From contig NC_068984.1 of assembly GCF_001194135.2 (NCBI RefSeq), positions 103,288,273-103,352,272 of the forward strand: a stretch of DNA of 64,000 nucleotides. Direction: 5' to 3'. Both the position numbers and the translations under genes were made by a program. Below the pieces are notes generated by a model that did not search any database, was not told where the DNA came from, and was given only the letters and a program-made list of their open reading frames with translations. Shown one piece after another: positions 25,061 through 37,500 of the stretch. Numbering within the stretch: the stretch's first letter is position 1; the number at the start of each line of letters is the position of its first letter. This DNA comes from Octopus bimaculoides. Lineage: Eukaryota.

Positions 25061-25687
25061 CATACATACATACAGAAAGGGAGAGAGAGAGAGGGGGGGG
25101 ATGCTTCTTTTATGTAAAAGTTCATTAGTGAATGTGTGTGTATACGTGCGTGTATATATATATATATATATATANNNNNNNNNNNNNNNNNNNNNNNNNN
25201 NNNNNNNNNNNNNNNNNNNNNNNNNNNNNNNNNNNNNNNNNNNNNNNNNNNNNNNNNNNNNNNNNNNNNNNNNNNNNNNNNNNNNNNNNNNNNNNNNNNN
25301 NNNNNNNNNNNNNNNNNNNNNNNNNNNNNNNNNNNNNNNNNNNNNNNNNNNNNNNNNNNNNNNNNNNNNNNNNNNNNNNNNNNNNNNNNNNNNNNNNNNN
25401 NNNNNNNNNNNNNNNNNNNNNNNNNNNNNNNNNNNNNNNNNNNNNNNNNNNNNNNNNNNNNNNNNNNNNNNNNNNNNNNNNNNNNNNNNNNNNNNNNNNN
25501 NNNNNNNNNNNNNNNNNNNNNNNNNNNNNNNNNNNNNNNNNNNNNNNNNNNNNNNNNNNNNNNNNNNNNNNNNNNNNNNNNNNNNNNNNNNNNNNNNNNN
25601 NNNNNNNNNNNNNNNNNNNNNNNNNNNNNNNNNNNNNNNNNNNNNNNNNNNNNNNNNNNNNNNNNNNNNNNNNNNNNNNNNNNNNNN

Positions 25688-25721
<34 letters not shown>

Positions 25722-26278
25722 TGGCACTCGGAAATCTATACATGTATATGTGATGTGTGTATATTCATGTGCATGTAGATGTGTGTATGCATTCAACTCT
25801 CATTGACCGATAATATTGATTTTGAAAGATGATACGTTAAGGCAAATATCAATATAATATTTGACAGAGATTCATCAATGGACGCACCAGTATTATTCTG
25901 ACGTCTATAAATCATCTAAATCTGATTGATACGGAAACAAACATTGATAGAGCTTTAGTATTTATCAACTAGATTGTTTCATCACCATCAATATCAGTGT
26001 ACTAGAAAGTAATTCTGAGATAAAACTATGTCAGCCCCTTCGTAAACCGTTTCAAAACGAGAGAGAAAGAGAGAGATTTCATGACGCGGCAGTTCGAAGA
26101 GATGTAAATCTCAGATATATGGAAGACGAAGATATACATTGTAATTCGTGTATCATTATATAAATACTTACATACACGCATGCGCGCACACACACACACG
26201 CACACACAAACACACACACACACATACACACACACACACGAGCCGTCCGCGCACACACACGTGTACACTTTATAGACA

Positions 26279-26451
26279 TAGGCGTGACTGGGTGGTAAGA
26301 AGCTTGCTTCCCAGCCACATGGTTCCGGGTTCAGTCCCACTGCGTGGTGCCTCGAGCAAGTGCTCTGTACTATATACTCGGACTGACCAAAGCCTTGTAA
26401 GGGAATTTGTTAGATGGAAACTGAAAGAAGCCCGTCGTGTACATATGCACA

Positions 26452-26486
<35 letters not shown>

Positions 26487-26955
26487 CAATGTTAAATCTC
26501 TGAACGAGGTATTAACAGTAACTGCACGACAATGTGAAGTATATTTGCCACTTAAATGTGGCTGACCCCTAAGGGTGGATGTTACTGTTGCTTTTAGCCC
26601 CAGGAGAACATCTCCTCCGGTTAGCTATTGACACACATCTGTGTCCTGTCTGTATTTGCAAAGGGAAGTCATCCTTCCCATCTTGATCTGCGATACGTAC
26701 GGACTCGAGTTTCTGGGTATTTACCCGTCTTCAGCGTATGACAATCGTACATGCATATATAAATGCATGTCTATCTTTTTGTCTATGTTTGTCCCCCACC
26801 ACCGCTTGACAACGGGTATTAGGGTGTTTACGTCCCCGATTACCATGATCAAAAAAGAAATAAGTACTTGGGGCGATTTATTCGAGAAAAATTCTTCAAG
26901 GTGGTGCCCCAGCATGGCTGCAGTCAGATGACGGAATCAAGTCAAGGATAAGAGA
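26279..26955 (+). mobile_element. S2 SINE with internal microsatellite and a nested insert of about 270 bp
   Basis: Head GGCGTGACTGGGTGGTAAGAAGCTTGCTTCCC...GGGTTCAGTCCCAC; tail ...CCCCAGCATGGCTGCAGTC. Confidence 0.8.
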
Positions 26956-27639
26956 TGAAATATATGCGAATGTCTGTGAATACTGTGTTGTGGAGAAAAC
27001 AACGTCAGTTATGACATGCGCAGAGAAATGGAATTCTGCATACAGTTAAACAACTGACGTTGGTTTAGATCATGGCATTTATATAACTAGAAAGGTGTGC
27101 ACATTTTCTTATATCCTTACTGCTTTATTTTATTATTTCTTGTGATCTATTCTACTGTGTTTAAAAATATAAATTCTTTGTTTTTGAATATATAAATGCC
27201 ACGGTCTAAACCGATGCCAGTTGTTTGCCTGTGCATAGTTTCATTCTGCCGTACCGCCTATAGTAATACATTGCTAAGCAGCTCCAACACCATTTTGTTT
27301 TAGTCACAGTTCAAATCGGAGTTTTAGGTAGTAAGTTAACTTGAGCATATATTGTAAATACCTATTACATTACGTCATTAGACGCAATTTTATCTGAACT
27401 CTATGAATTTATATATATGTACATATGTATATACTTGTATATATGTATGTATGTATGATTGTGTGTGCATGTTTCCTTTCCCTCATTGTAGTTTTAGTCT
27501 TCCTTTTCACTCTACATTTCCTTGGTCATGTTACAAGGAACTAAAGAAAAGATAATTCAAAAACAAAAATGGGTTCCTATTCTTTTTTGTCGCTCTTTAC
27601 TCAACCATTCGAGTTTTAAACCTAATGAGGGTCTTACAG

Positions 27640-28290
27640 ATTAATATCGTGATTATCTGTTATGTATGAATAATAGAACAATGTCCTTCCACTGAGAAGA
27701 TGCCATACTTTGATCCAAGCGAGTTGGTACATACCTTATCGGTCCATTAATAATGGATGTAAAACAGCGTGGAATTTTGTTGATAGATATTTTAGAACTC
27801 ATCATCACTGCTTCATAGATGTCTTCTTTCACTGTTATTTTCTTCAATACGTTGGCATCAAAAGAGCAGCTCATCCAACAACAGATCACGCTTATTTTGT
27901 GGCCCCAAATAACAATATCAGGTGGGTTGTGTTTTAATTTGGTCGTAGTGTTTATTCTTAGACTCCAACGATTTTCTTTTAATCCAATGATTTTAGTGTG
28001 TTTAGCTTTTACTTTATATTCCTGTATTGGAGACGGTTGCTCTGGCTACTACATCATACTTCATAGAAAGGTAGTTTCTAGAGGACTTTCTTTTACAATT
28101 GGCAATAAAGTAACTAATGTCTTTGGTTTGGGTTTTGTATAACCTATACTTAATATCCGCCGGTGTTTAGCCTTGCTTTTTTTCTGTAGAAGTTAATTGA
28201 CGGTTATTTCTTGTTCTTTGGTTGGATTAAGACAATACTCAATCTCGGATGTCATAATCTTATTCGTTTTAGGAGCCATGTTTTTCGTTT
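27640..28290 (-). pseudogene. Degenerate Tigger-like transposase N-terminus (HTH/CENP-B region)
   Basis: YDVVARATVSN and SKYGIFSVEG remnants; homologous to 14215-14460. Confidence 0.45.
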
Positions 28291-29023
28291 CAAGTGTTCA
28301 TGTACATACCTTCTAAGCGAACAATCAATTTTTTAAATATTTTCTTGTTCCAATAAGGAGGAGTTTCCAAGATTCGGTGGGAGGAAATCTGTTCCATCCT
28401 TTATTTTACGTTTCTTTTAGCTTTATTAATTATCCCAACGATAGGTCTTATTTTCGTACACAAAAACTTAAGCGACAGAGAGAGAGGGGGGAGAGGGGGA
28501 GAGAGAAAGAGAGAGAGGGAGAGAGAGAGAGGGAGAGAGAGAGGGAGAGAGAGNNNNNNNNNNNNNNNNNNNNNNNNNNNNNNNNNNNNNNNNNNNNNNN
28601 NNNNNNNNNNNNNNNNNNNNNNNNNNNNNNNNNNNNNNNNNNNNNNNNNNNNNNNNNNNNNNNNNNNNNNNNNNNNNNNNNNNNNNNNNNNNNNNNNNNN
28701 NNNNNNNNNNNNNNNNNNNNNNNNNNNNNNNNNNNNNNNNNNNNNNNNNNNNNNNNNNNNNNNNNNNNNNNNNNNNNNNNNNNNNNNNNNNNNNNNNNNN
28801 NNNNNNNNNNNNNNNNNNNNNNNNNNNNNNNNNNNNNNNNNNNNNNNNNNNNNNNNNNNNNNNNNNNNNNNNNNNNNNNNNNNNNNNNNNNNNNNNNNNN
28901 NNNNNNNNNNNNNNNNNNNNNNNNNNNNNNNNNNNGAGAGGTGGGGTTGATAGTTGCTATCTTTTATTCTCTGCTTTAGATGTTATCTAAATCTACAGTA
29001 GACCAAGAAAACAGAGCAACTCC

Positions 29024-29079
<56 letters not shown>

Positions 29080-29376
29080 CTCACAATATTAAAATCTGCG
29101 TTTAATATGATATTAATAGAGATCTAATACCACAGCAGAATTCCTTGCTTGAGAAGTAGAATCCATCTACAACACCTTCGATATTCAACTTTCCAGAAAT
29201 TGGCAGCAGTTTCTTAGTTGTTACCGCTATTTCGCTAAGTTCATGTACTGCTCGATTCCGAGGACGAAATGTTCAGATAGATACTGAAAATATGTTGTGA
29301 CCGGTATGCTCCTTGTAGGCTGAACAGATCTCTTGATCATATTATATTTACTCTCTTTATGTATTCATTTCTCGAC

Positions 29377-29410
29377 GCTCTCTTCTGAATAATATTATTC
29401 AGAAGAGAGC
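29377..29410. repeat. Perfect 34-bp palindrome
   Basis: GCTCTCTTCTGAATAATATTATTCAGAAGAGAGC equals its own reverse complement. Confidence 0.95.
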
Positions 29411-29691
29411 CATCACATTGTTTTATGTAACGCATCGTCAGGCCGTTTGTGTAATCTGTTTTTCAGGGAACAAGTTTTCCTCATCTAACTATTAAAAAAA
29501 TGCATATATGAACCAAACAAATTAAATTCCATTGTCTGTGAAATATCGGGTGATGATCTCCATTTTTTTAAAGTCAATATTTGATCTATACAACTTCAAG
29601 CTGTTTATAAAGCATAGGTGAGAAATGTTTCTGGATTCAGGATATTCATCTTTATAAGCACACTAACTGATGAGCAGGAATGACAAACGGT

Positions 29692-29879
29692 TTAACCCCT
29701 TGTTTTAATTAATTTTGAAAATAATGAAGAATTTAGTAAAATTGCTTCGTTGTTAATAAACTGATGTTTGGAACATTAGCATGAGATTTTAATAGATTTC
29801 AATTTAGATTACATTTGAAACAGGAAGTTAGTGCTAAAGAACCAATGGGCATAGAACCAGAGCTTTAACAAGGGGATAA
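29692..29879. mobile_element. MITE-like element with TTAA-CCCC termini
   Basis: TTAACCCCTTGTT ... AACAAGGGGATAA, a 13-bp inverted repeat with 1 mismatch; piggyBac-like ends are inference. Confidence 0.5.
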
Positions 29880-30167
29880 AAAGCAGTACTGACAAGATAT
29901 CATCTCACAGGATCATATCTTTTTGACAATCTATGATGTCATATTTGAATGGTTTGTTCTCACTTGTGAGAACTAAAGTGATGTGCCAAGACTTGATTAG
30001 GTGCTGATTAGCAGCTACCATTGGTTTTGGAACTTTTGGATAATTGTGATGGTTTGAAAATATACCACCCACAATATGAGATACCATCAAAGACTCTCTG
30101 GTAGTTCGACAATACTACAGTTAAGTTCTTGTGGTTCTTTACTATTTTTGTTCATTAATTCGAAGCT

Positions 30168-30345
30168 GTTAGGCGGTGAGCTGACACAATCGATAGTCTT
30201 TAAGTTCTGAGTCCCAAATCCACCGAGCTCTACTTTGCCTTTCATCTTTTCGAAGTCGATAAGCTAAGGACTAGTTGATCACTGGGATCGACTTACACAC
30301 TCTCCCGAAATTGCTGGCTTTGAGCCAAAATTTGAAACCATTACT
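30168..30345 (+). mobile_element. S1 SINE, internally deleted
   Basis: GGCGGTGAGCTG...AATCG, CTTTGCCTTTCATC.TTTCG, tail CCAAAATTTGAAACCATTA. Confidence 0.75.
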
Positions 30346-30649
30346 TAGAAGCTGCTCTCTGCTTCCCACATTCCCGTAGATGCTATAATGTTATTGGTGG
30401 TATCATGATCCTGCAAACACAAATTCAGACGTTCGGTGTACATCTTATTTATGTTGCTCTGCCTGAATGTTCGTTGATAGCTTTTTAGTTTGAGTGGTTT
30501 GACTATTTTGGGGAATTAAAAGGACAGGGAGAGCTGACAACCAGTTGAGTACGTTTAACGTACCTTTGTATATATGTATGTGTTTGTGTATGAATGCATA
30601 TATGTGTGTGTGCGTGTATCTATGTATGTATATACGTTTGATTGTATGT

Positions 30650-31045
30650 ATTCTTTTATTCTTTTATTTCAGTCATTTTTGACTGCGGCCATGCTGGAGC
30701 ACCGCCTTTAGTCGAGCAAATCGAACTTATTCTTTGTAAGCCTAGTGCTTACTCTATCGGTCTCTTTTGCTGAACTGCTAGGTTACGGGGATGTAAACGC
30801 ACCAGCATCAGTTGTCAAGCGATGTTGGAGGGGACAAACACAGACACGCAAACATATATACACATACAAATATATACATATATACGACGGGCTGCTTTTA
30901 GTTTCCGTCTACCAAATTCACTCACAAGGCTTTGGTCGGCCCAAGGCTATAGTAGAAGACACTTATCCAAGGTGCCACACAATGGGACTGAACCCGGAAC
31001 CATCTGGTTGGTAAGCAAGCAACTTACCACACAACCACTCATATG
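30650..31045 (-). mobile_element. S2 SINE (head, microsatellite, tail)
   Basis: Matches the other S2 copies over both head and tail. Confidence 0.85.
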
Positions 31046-31081
31046 TATGAATATTTGCAATTATGTATGAATATGTGTGAG

Positions 31082-31113
<32 letters not shown>

Positions 31114-31164
31114 CACGCGCGCGCCCACGCGTGTGTGCGTATTTCAATATTTCTATATACCCAG

Positions 31165-32830
31165 GCTTATTCCCCATTTTCTTAAGAGGGGGTAGCCACA
31201 AGATACACACCAGGCATTCCATTCATTTGCCAGCTCAAAGAGGTGATCCCCGGTCTATGCTAGCGTCATGGCATAGAATGCAACACCCAGTATCAACAGC
31301 CGGGCCCGAAAACACATGCTGGTTTACCCCGCCGCATCATGCTGGTTCCGTACCCCTTTGAGCAACTTCAAATTCACTCATCCGTCGACAAACTCTCTCC
31401 AAGCTTTCCTATCATTCATAAACTCTCTTGCCTCTCTCACTCCAACACCGCTAACCACCAAAGCTTTCTTCACTCCATCCATCCACACAAACCGATACCT
31501 GCTGCTGGTTCTGCTGCCTACCACTTCTGCCTTCATTACCAGCCTTACCATCCGCTCTTCATCCATCCTCTCTATGTGGCCAGATCACCTCAACATTTGT
31601 CTGTCCATTTTGGTTGTAAGATTTTCTTTCATTCCTGCTCGCCTTCGCACCTCCTCATTCCTCATCCTGTCTATGTGTGTCACACCAACCATAGCATTCA
31701 GACATCTCATTTCAAACACTTCTAGTCGCCTCCTTTAAGCCTCTCTCAGCCCCCACATTTCTGCACCATATAACATTATCGGCACAGTCACACCCTCATA
31801 CACACTTCTTTTCGCTTTCATACTCAACCTTTTATCTCTCAACACACCTTTCACAACTCCAAGTATCTTACTCCCCTCCCTCACTCTGTATCCCACTTCC
31901 TCAGCCACCATCTCCCATTCACCGTCACATGTGATCCCAGACACTTAAAAACACTCACCTCCCCTAACATCTCACCATTTATACTCACATCCATCCTACC
32001 AGCCATTCCATCTCTCGAACATCTCATCACCTTACTCTTAGCTACATTCACTTTCAGTTTCCTCCTCCCACACACTCTTCCAAACTACCACCAGTCTCCT
32101 CAGTTGCTCTTCTGAATCCGCCACCAGTTCTGTCTCATCAGCAAACAACTGACTCACCTGCCATTTCTCTCCATTTTCTCCCACCATTTGGGCTCCCCTA
32201 CCAAAGGTTCTAGCATTTACCTCTCTCACCACACCATCCATATATAAATTAAACAGCCACAGAGACATCACACAACCCTGTCTTAACCCCACCTTCACAT
32301 CAGACCACTCACTTACTTCACCACCCACCCTAACGCACGCCCTACTTTCTCTATAAAAACCCTCAGCAATCTACCATCTACTCCATACAACCACAATACC
32401 TACCACACTGCATCCCTATCCGACGGTAATATGCCTTCTCTAGATGCTTAAAGGCCCAATACATCTCCCTCCCTTTTGCCAAAAACTTCTCACACGTCTG
32501 CATTACCATATACATTTGATCTGCACACCCCCTTCCACACCTAAAACTTCACACCTCCCCTAGTAACTCTCCCCTAGTACACACCCCAAGTATACTCTCT
32601 GTCTGGTTCCTCCCCCTTACAATCAGAATTCTCCCGTACAGTTTACCAACCACACACAACAAACTTATACCCCTAAAATTTCCACACTCACATTTATCCC
32701 CTTTTTCCCTTGTGCAGTGGCTATACAGGCACTGCACCAGTCCTTTGGTACTCTTCCAGCCATATAAAAAACATTCATAAGCCTTACTAACCATTCAATC
32801 ATTGTCACTCCTTTCTTTAGGCATTCCACT
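31165..32830 (-). mobile_element. 5'-truncated RTE-clade LINE (RT domain to 3' end), frameshifted
   Basis: KGDKCECGNFRGISLL, VGLRQGCVMSLWLFNLYMDGVVRE, QLFADET, LKVNVAKSKVM, FKCLGS, LYGAEMW, WMDGVKKAL, DRKAWREFV. Confidence 0.92.
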
Positions 32831-33019
32831 GTACACCCATTTATATTTCAATATAATTTGGGCAAAACAAAACTTATAGTGTGCTTTCGAAAGCTTCACT
32901 GCGGGTATCGGCTACCAAATGCTATTATACACTTGTTTATTGCCTATGCACAAAACTTTCAGGCCCTGAATGACTTTGAAACTTCTGCTGAGTAACATAG
33001 ATAGATAGATAGATGGATG

Positions 33020-33079
<60 letters not shown>

Positions 33080-33091
33080 CACACACACATA

Positions 33092-33123
<32 letters not shown>

Positions 33124-33525
33124 AGTATGTATATGTATATGTGTATGCGTAAGTATGTATGTTTATGTGCATTTGTACGTATCCATGTATATATATATAT
33201 ATATCTGTTACATATTCTAGTATTTAAATATGTTAAAAATTTTCAATTTCCATTACGTAGATCACAGAACATTACTTTATCTAACTCTATGCCATATTGT
33301 GTTCGTCTAAATGTACTTGTAATAATGTTTGTCGATTACTTAATAAGACAAATGTACAAATACTTAACAAAGACACATTCACACATGCTCAAACGCACAC
33401 ATACACACGCACAATTATGTTTTTATGTATGTATTTATACATATACGCACAAATATTTATTTATGTATGTATTTGTACATGTTTATGCATGCATGTATGT
33501 TTGTGCATGTGTGTGTGTGTATGCG

Positions 33526-33574
<49 letters not shown>

Positions 33575-33657
33575 GCGTGTATGTATGGATCTTAAGTGTG
33601 TGTATGAGATATGCGTTAACAACTCGCAAGCACGCAGCCAAGCGAGAAAACAGTTAA

Positions 33658-33704
<47 letters not shown>

Positions 33705-34237
33705 GAAATGAGAAAAAATAAACGAGGGGGGGATGATTATTTGTGCACATTATAAGTGCATGGAGTAACTGAAACTGTTGTTTGCCCAAGCGGAACAAAC
33801 GTTGTAGTAATTCAATCAAGACTAGCCTGAACTTGTAGCATCTTAGTCAATCCAGTGTTATAAAATGGAATAAGTTAGACGTTGAGGTATAAATCGGTTT
33901 CACATAATTTATTGTATAAATCAACCATTGAAATATCTTCTTTTTCTTTTTCTTTTTCTTTTTATTTTCTTTTACCATTTTTAATTATAATCGGTCAAAG
34001 AAGAATGCGAAGCGTCAATGACCTTTGTGGTTAAAGTTCAGCTTGACCTTCTTCAGTTTAGTTTCTGTGGGAAATTCCTGTAGACAGAAATTTCAGAGAG
34101 ATTCTGTTCTATGGAGAATTATTGTTCCTGGCAAAAACTTTAACTCTGGCTTTGGAAGGTAAGATTGAACAGAGAAACGAAGTGCTGTGTATTTTATTGA
34201 TGTGATGGTATGTAGTTAGAGCATTTATGAATGAGTG

Positions 34238-34500
34238 AAGGTGCATGGTCTTAGGGGTTAGGGTGTTGCACTCCCGATCGTGAGATCGCAGTTTCTGTTC
34301 CTGAACCGGGTGGTGCGGTGTGTTCTTGAGCATAACACTTCATCTCACGTTGCTCTGCGATTACTTCGACACCTGACGAATACTACACTGTGCACCTGTT
34401 CAGACAACGTCGATTTGATGGAGAGAGTGAGCTAATGTACAGCGCATACATTTGATCGCTGTAAAAAATTCTTTTATGCCGGTTTGTTCAGCAAAAGAAC
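34238..34500 (+). mobile_element. tRNA-like SINE of a third family
   Basis: Head GGTGCATGGTCTTAGGGGTTAGGGTG...CGATCGTGAG...GTGTTCTTGAGCA.AACACTT. Confidence 0.65.
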
Positions 34501-34584
34501 TGTCTTTCTCGGACTACGAGAGGTTACCTTGTGATAATTAAATTATATACTGCGCACTTCATTATGTTTTGTGATGCGGATGAT

Positions 34585-34652
34585 TCCCCAGTCCGTGGGA
34601 AAAATTATCCTGCATGAAACCGGTCCGTGGTGCAAAAAAGTTGGGGACCGCT
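34585..34652 (-). mobile_element. Terminal fragment of a hAT/Charlie-like non-autonomous element
   Basis: Minus strand AGCGGTCCCCAACTTTTTTGCACCACGGACCGGTTTCATG resembles Charlie-type termini. Confidence 0.5.
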
Positions 34653-36769
34653 TTAATGTATAGAACTATGCAGTGGAGAAGCGTAGTAGTAGCTGCATAA
34701 GAGACAGAAAGAAAAATTAGTCTGTTTCTGAATGAGTGATTGTAGTGTGCTGCCAGTTGACTGAGTCTGAAGGGGAGTAAGTTCTAATGTCGCCATTTCC
34801 AAATTTGGTTCAAGTATCAGTTCTTGGAGGTAGTCTATGTATGGCGTCAGTCATTTAAGAAATGTAGTAGTATTGGAAGTTAAGGAGAAAAGAAATGTAG
34901 TATGGTCTCTATAAGAATACATGAAGTAATGCAGGTGGAGCAAATTACGGGGAAGAAGCGCTAAGCAGTGATGTATATAACTATAAGATTATTTCCAGTT
35001 CAAATATACTTAGGACATATTCGAACTCGTAAGAAGGCTATTCACTGCGTTTTGTCATGGAGAACATTTCTCACTATAGATAAATGGTGTAAGTACACCT
35101 AAAATCAGCTCGCAGTGTCACCTATCCAGACTGTGAGGTGTAAGCACTTCGGAATGGTTATCTGGTAGTATAAAATCGATACGGGCTTGAATGTGCCACA
35201 AGCATATTTGAACTTGTATTTATAGATGGAACAGTTTAGGAAAGATAACCAATTCTTAAATCATTCTAGTATCGATAAAATAAGAGTCCTTTGGACTCGC
35301 AAATCATTAATGGAGATCCAAGTTCTGGCCAACAACCGCGACTGATGGATAAAATTAGTGTACGATTTGTCGCCACGGTGCTCTTACGATTCCATCAGTA
35401 GTCGAAGGCCCAAGGGTTGGAAAGCCGTGATAACGCACTCTACGAAAGACATAGATGTGTGATTTATCCAGAAAGTTCTAATACCAGATGCAGTAGAAGG
35501 ATTAGCTGATGTTAACAGTAACAACATTGCTTACACTGGAGTTCTATGAAAGGTGATTACAACCACTGGAGAATGACGTAGCAAAGCAAATTTCCAGTTG
35601 ATTTAGCATTACGAAACCTGTATTAGTGGACATTTAGAAAGGAAACAGGCTGACGACAATTAAGTATATGGTTATTTGCGAATGTTTTCATCATATCTGA
35701 GATGTTTAAATGAGGATAAGACAATAGTTGCTTAGATCAAAATTTTGTTGAGAAGAGATTTTGTGTGAGCGTTACATGAAGTTTAAAGCAAGCAGCCGAG
35801 GCAGAGGTTATATTCATTTAATCGAGATCTTCTTGGCAATAGACTAGGCTTCTCGCTACAATTTGGAAAGTAAAACAATTTTCCAGCTGTACGATACATG
35901 AAAGCATTTTTATGTCTTCTCTTAATCATCTTTCAAGAGTTATTGTTGATGCTGTTATTGTTACAGCTACTGTTGATGATGATGATGATGATCATGATGC
36001 AGCTGTTGTTATTGTTGTTTTTATTTTACCTCTAGATCAGGCTTTTTCGAGCAAATTTACGATGGAAGTCATTCCGCTGTTTATCCAGGCAGAGAAATAT
36101 CAAGACCGTACGAATATTTTGTCGACAATGAATTCGTAAAAACTCACTTCCTAATACATTACTAACATTAAAAAAAAAAAAGAAGTTGAAATTCTATTAT
36201 TATGCTAAAAGGTAACTCAATGAAAATAATAAAGAATATCCAACAAGTTGTGAAGGTAAAGTGAACTATAAAATGGTGGCATTCGATTTATTTTACAACA
36301 TTTTTTTGTATCGAGCATAGATTCCACCGTTGAATTGCTGCTATTCAACGTATGTAGTTTAGAATTGACATTGATGGAAAACCTGATCTACAGGATGAAT
36401 CAAAGAATTAAATAAACAGGGAGAATAAATGAAGTGATAAAGCATTCCAGAATAATAAAACCTGATAAAACATGGCATTAATCAGTGAATAGAGAGCAAT
36501 TTCAAACTGACATTCACTATAATACATGATAAGCAGTTGGAAGCAAGGGAAACAGATATATGTGCAATAGGTTTCCATGTCATTGTTGGCATATGTACAA
36601 CAGAATGGGAAGCAAAATCTACTCAGAAAGAGAGGGGGAGAGAATGTAGAAATAATGTTCAGGGCTTTCATCTTCATGTCACTATTACAGTATTTTAATC
36701 AATTTAAATTTATTAGTTAAACGTACACGGTATCTTCAGAAACAAAAATACAGGTGTAATTAATGAAAA

Positions 36770-36925
36770 ATTACGGTATAATTAATGGTATGTTTAATGG
36801 TGTAATTAATTGTATAATTGATATTATAATTAATGGTATAATCAATAATATAATTAATGGTATACTTAATGGTGTAGTTAATGGTAAATTTAATGGCAAA
36901 ATCAGTAATATAATTAACGGTAAAA
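36770..36925. repeat. Degenerate 12-bp minisatellite (AATTAATGGTAT), about 13 units
   Basis: Visible periodicity; source of the IING-repeat pseudo-ORF. Confidence 0.85.
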
Positions 36926-36949
36926 TGCTAAAGATTTGGAAGGCGCAGA

Positions 36950-37170
36950 AATATTGGTATCAAATTTTGACACAAGGCCAGCAATTCTGGGGGAGGGAGT
37001 AAGTCGATTACATCGACCCCAGTGATCAACTGGTACTTATTTTATCGACCCCTAAAGGATGAAAGGTAAAACTGGTCCCGGCGTCATTTGAACTCAGAAC
37101 GTAAAATCGGAAGAAATGCTGCTAAGTATTTTATCCGGCGCGGTAACGATCCTATCTGCTTCCCACCTTA
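36950..37170 (-). mobile_element. S1 SINE
   Basis: Full S1 motif set. Confidence 0.85.
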
Positions 37171-37500
37171 ACGAAGAAAGAACTGTTATGCTAACAATTG
37201 AATTATTATAACAAAAAAATAATCAAATAAAATTATTAAGTATTGCAACTAAGAGGAGTGATATATTATTCTTTACTGTAAAATATATTTTTAGCCGGAT
37301 AAGTGTAATCCATCACCAGATTTAACCCCATCATCAGTTATAGTATTGCCTTGACCAATACTATATCGGACCAAGTTCCTTTTTAAGAAAAACGTCATCC
37401 CTAATGTTCTCCCTCTACACTACAGGCAACTGGACCCTTCCTACCATCACTAAACCGCAATAAAAAAGTTATTGACAATTGGCCTTTCCTCTTAACAGTA

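Noticed and set aside
29668-29695. Hammerhead core CTGATGAG
   Set aside because: No stem II and no GAAA (reads GACAAAC).
35040-35450. RTE-like 3' remnant
   Set aside because: A single weak LA.NR..W motif; insufficient.
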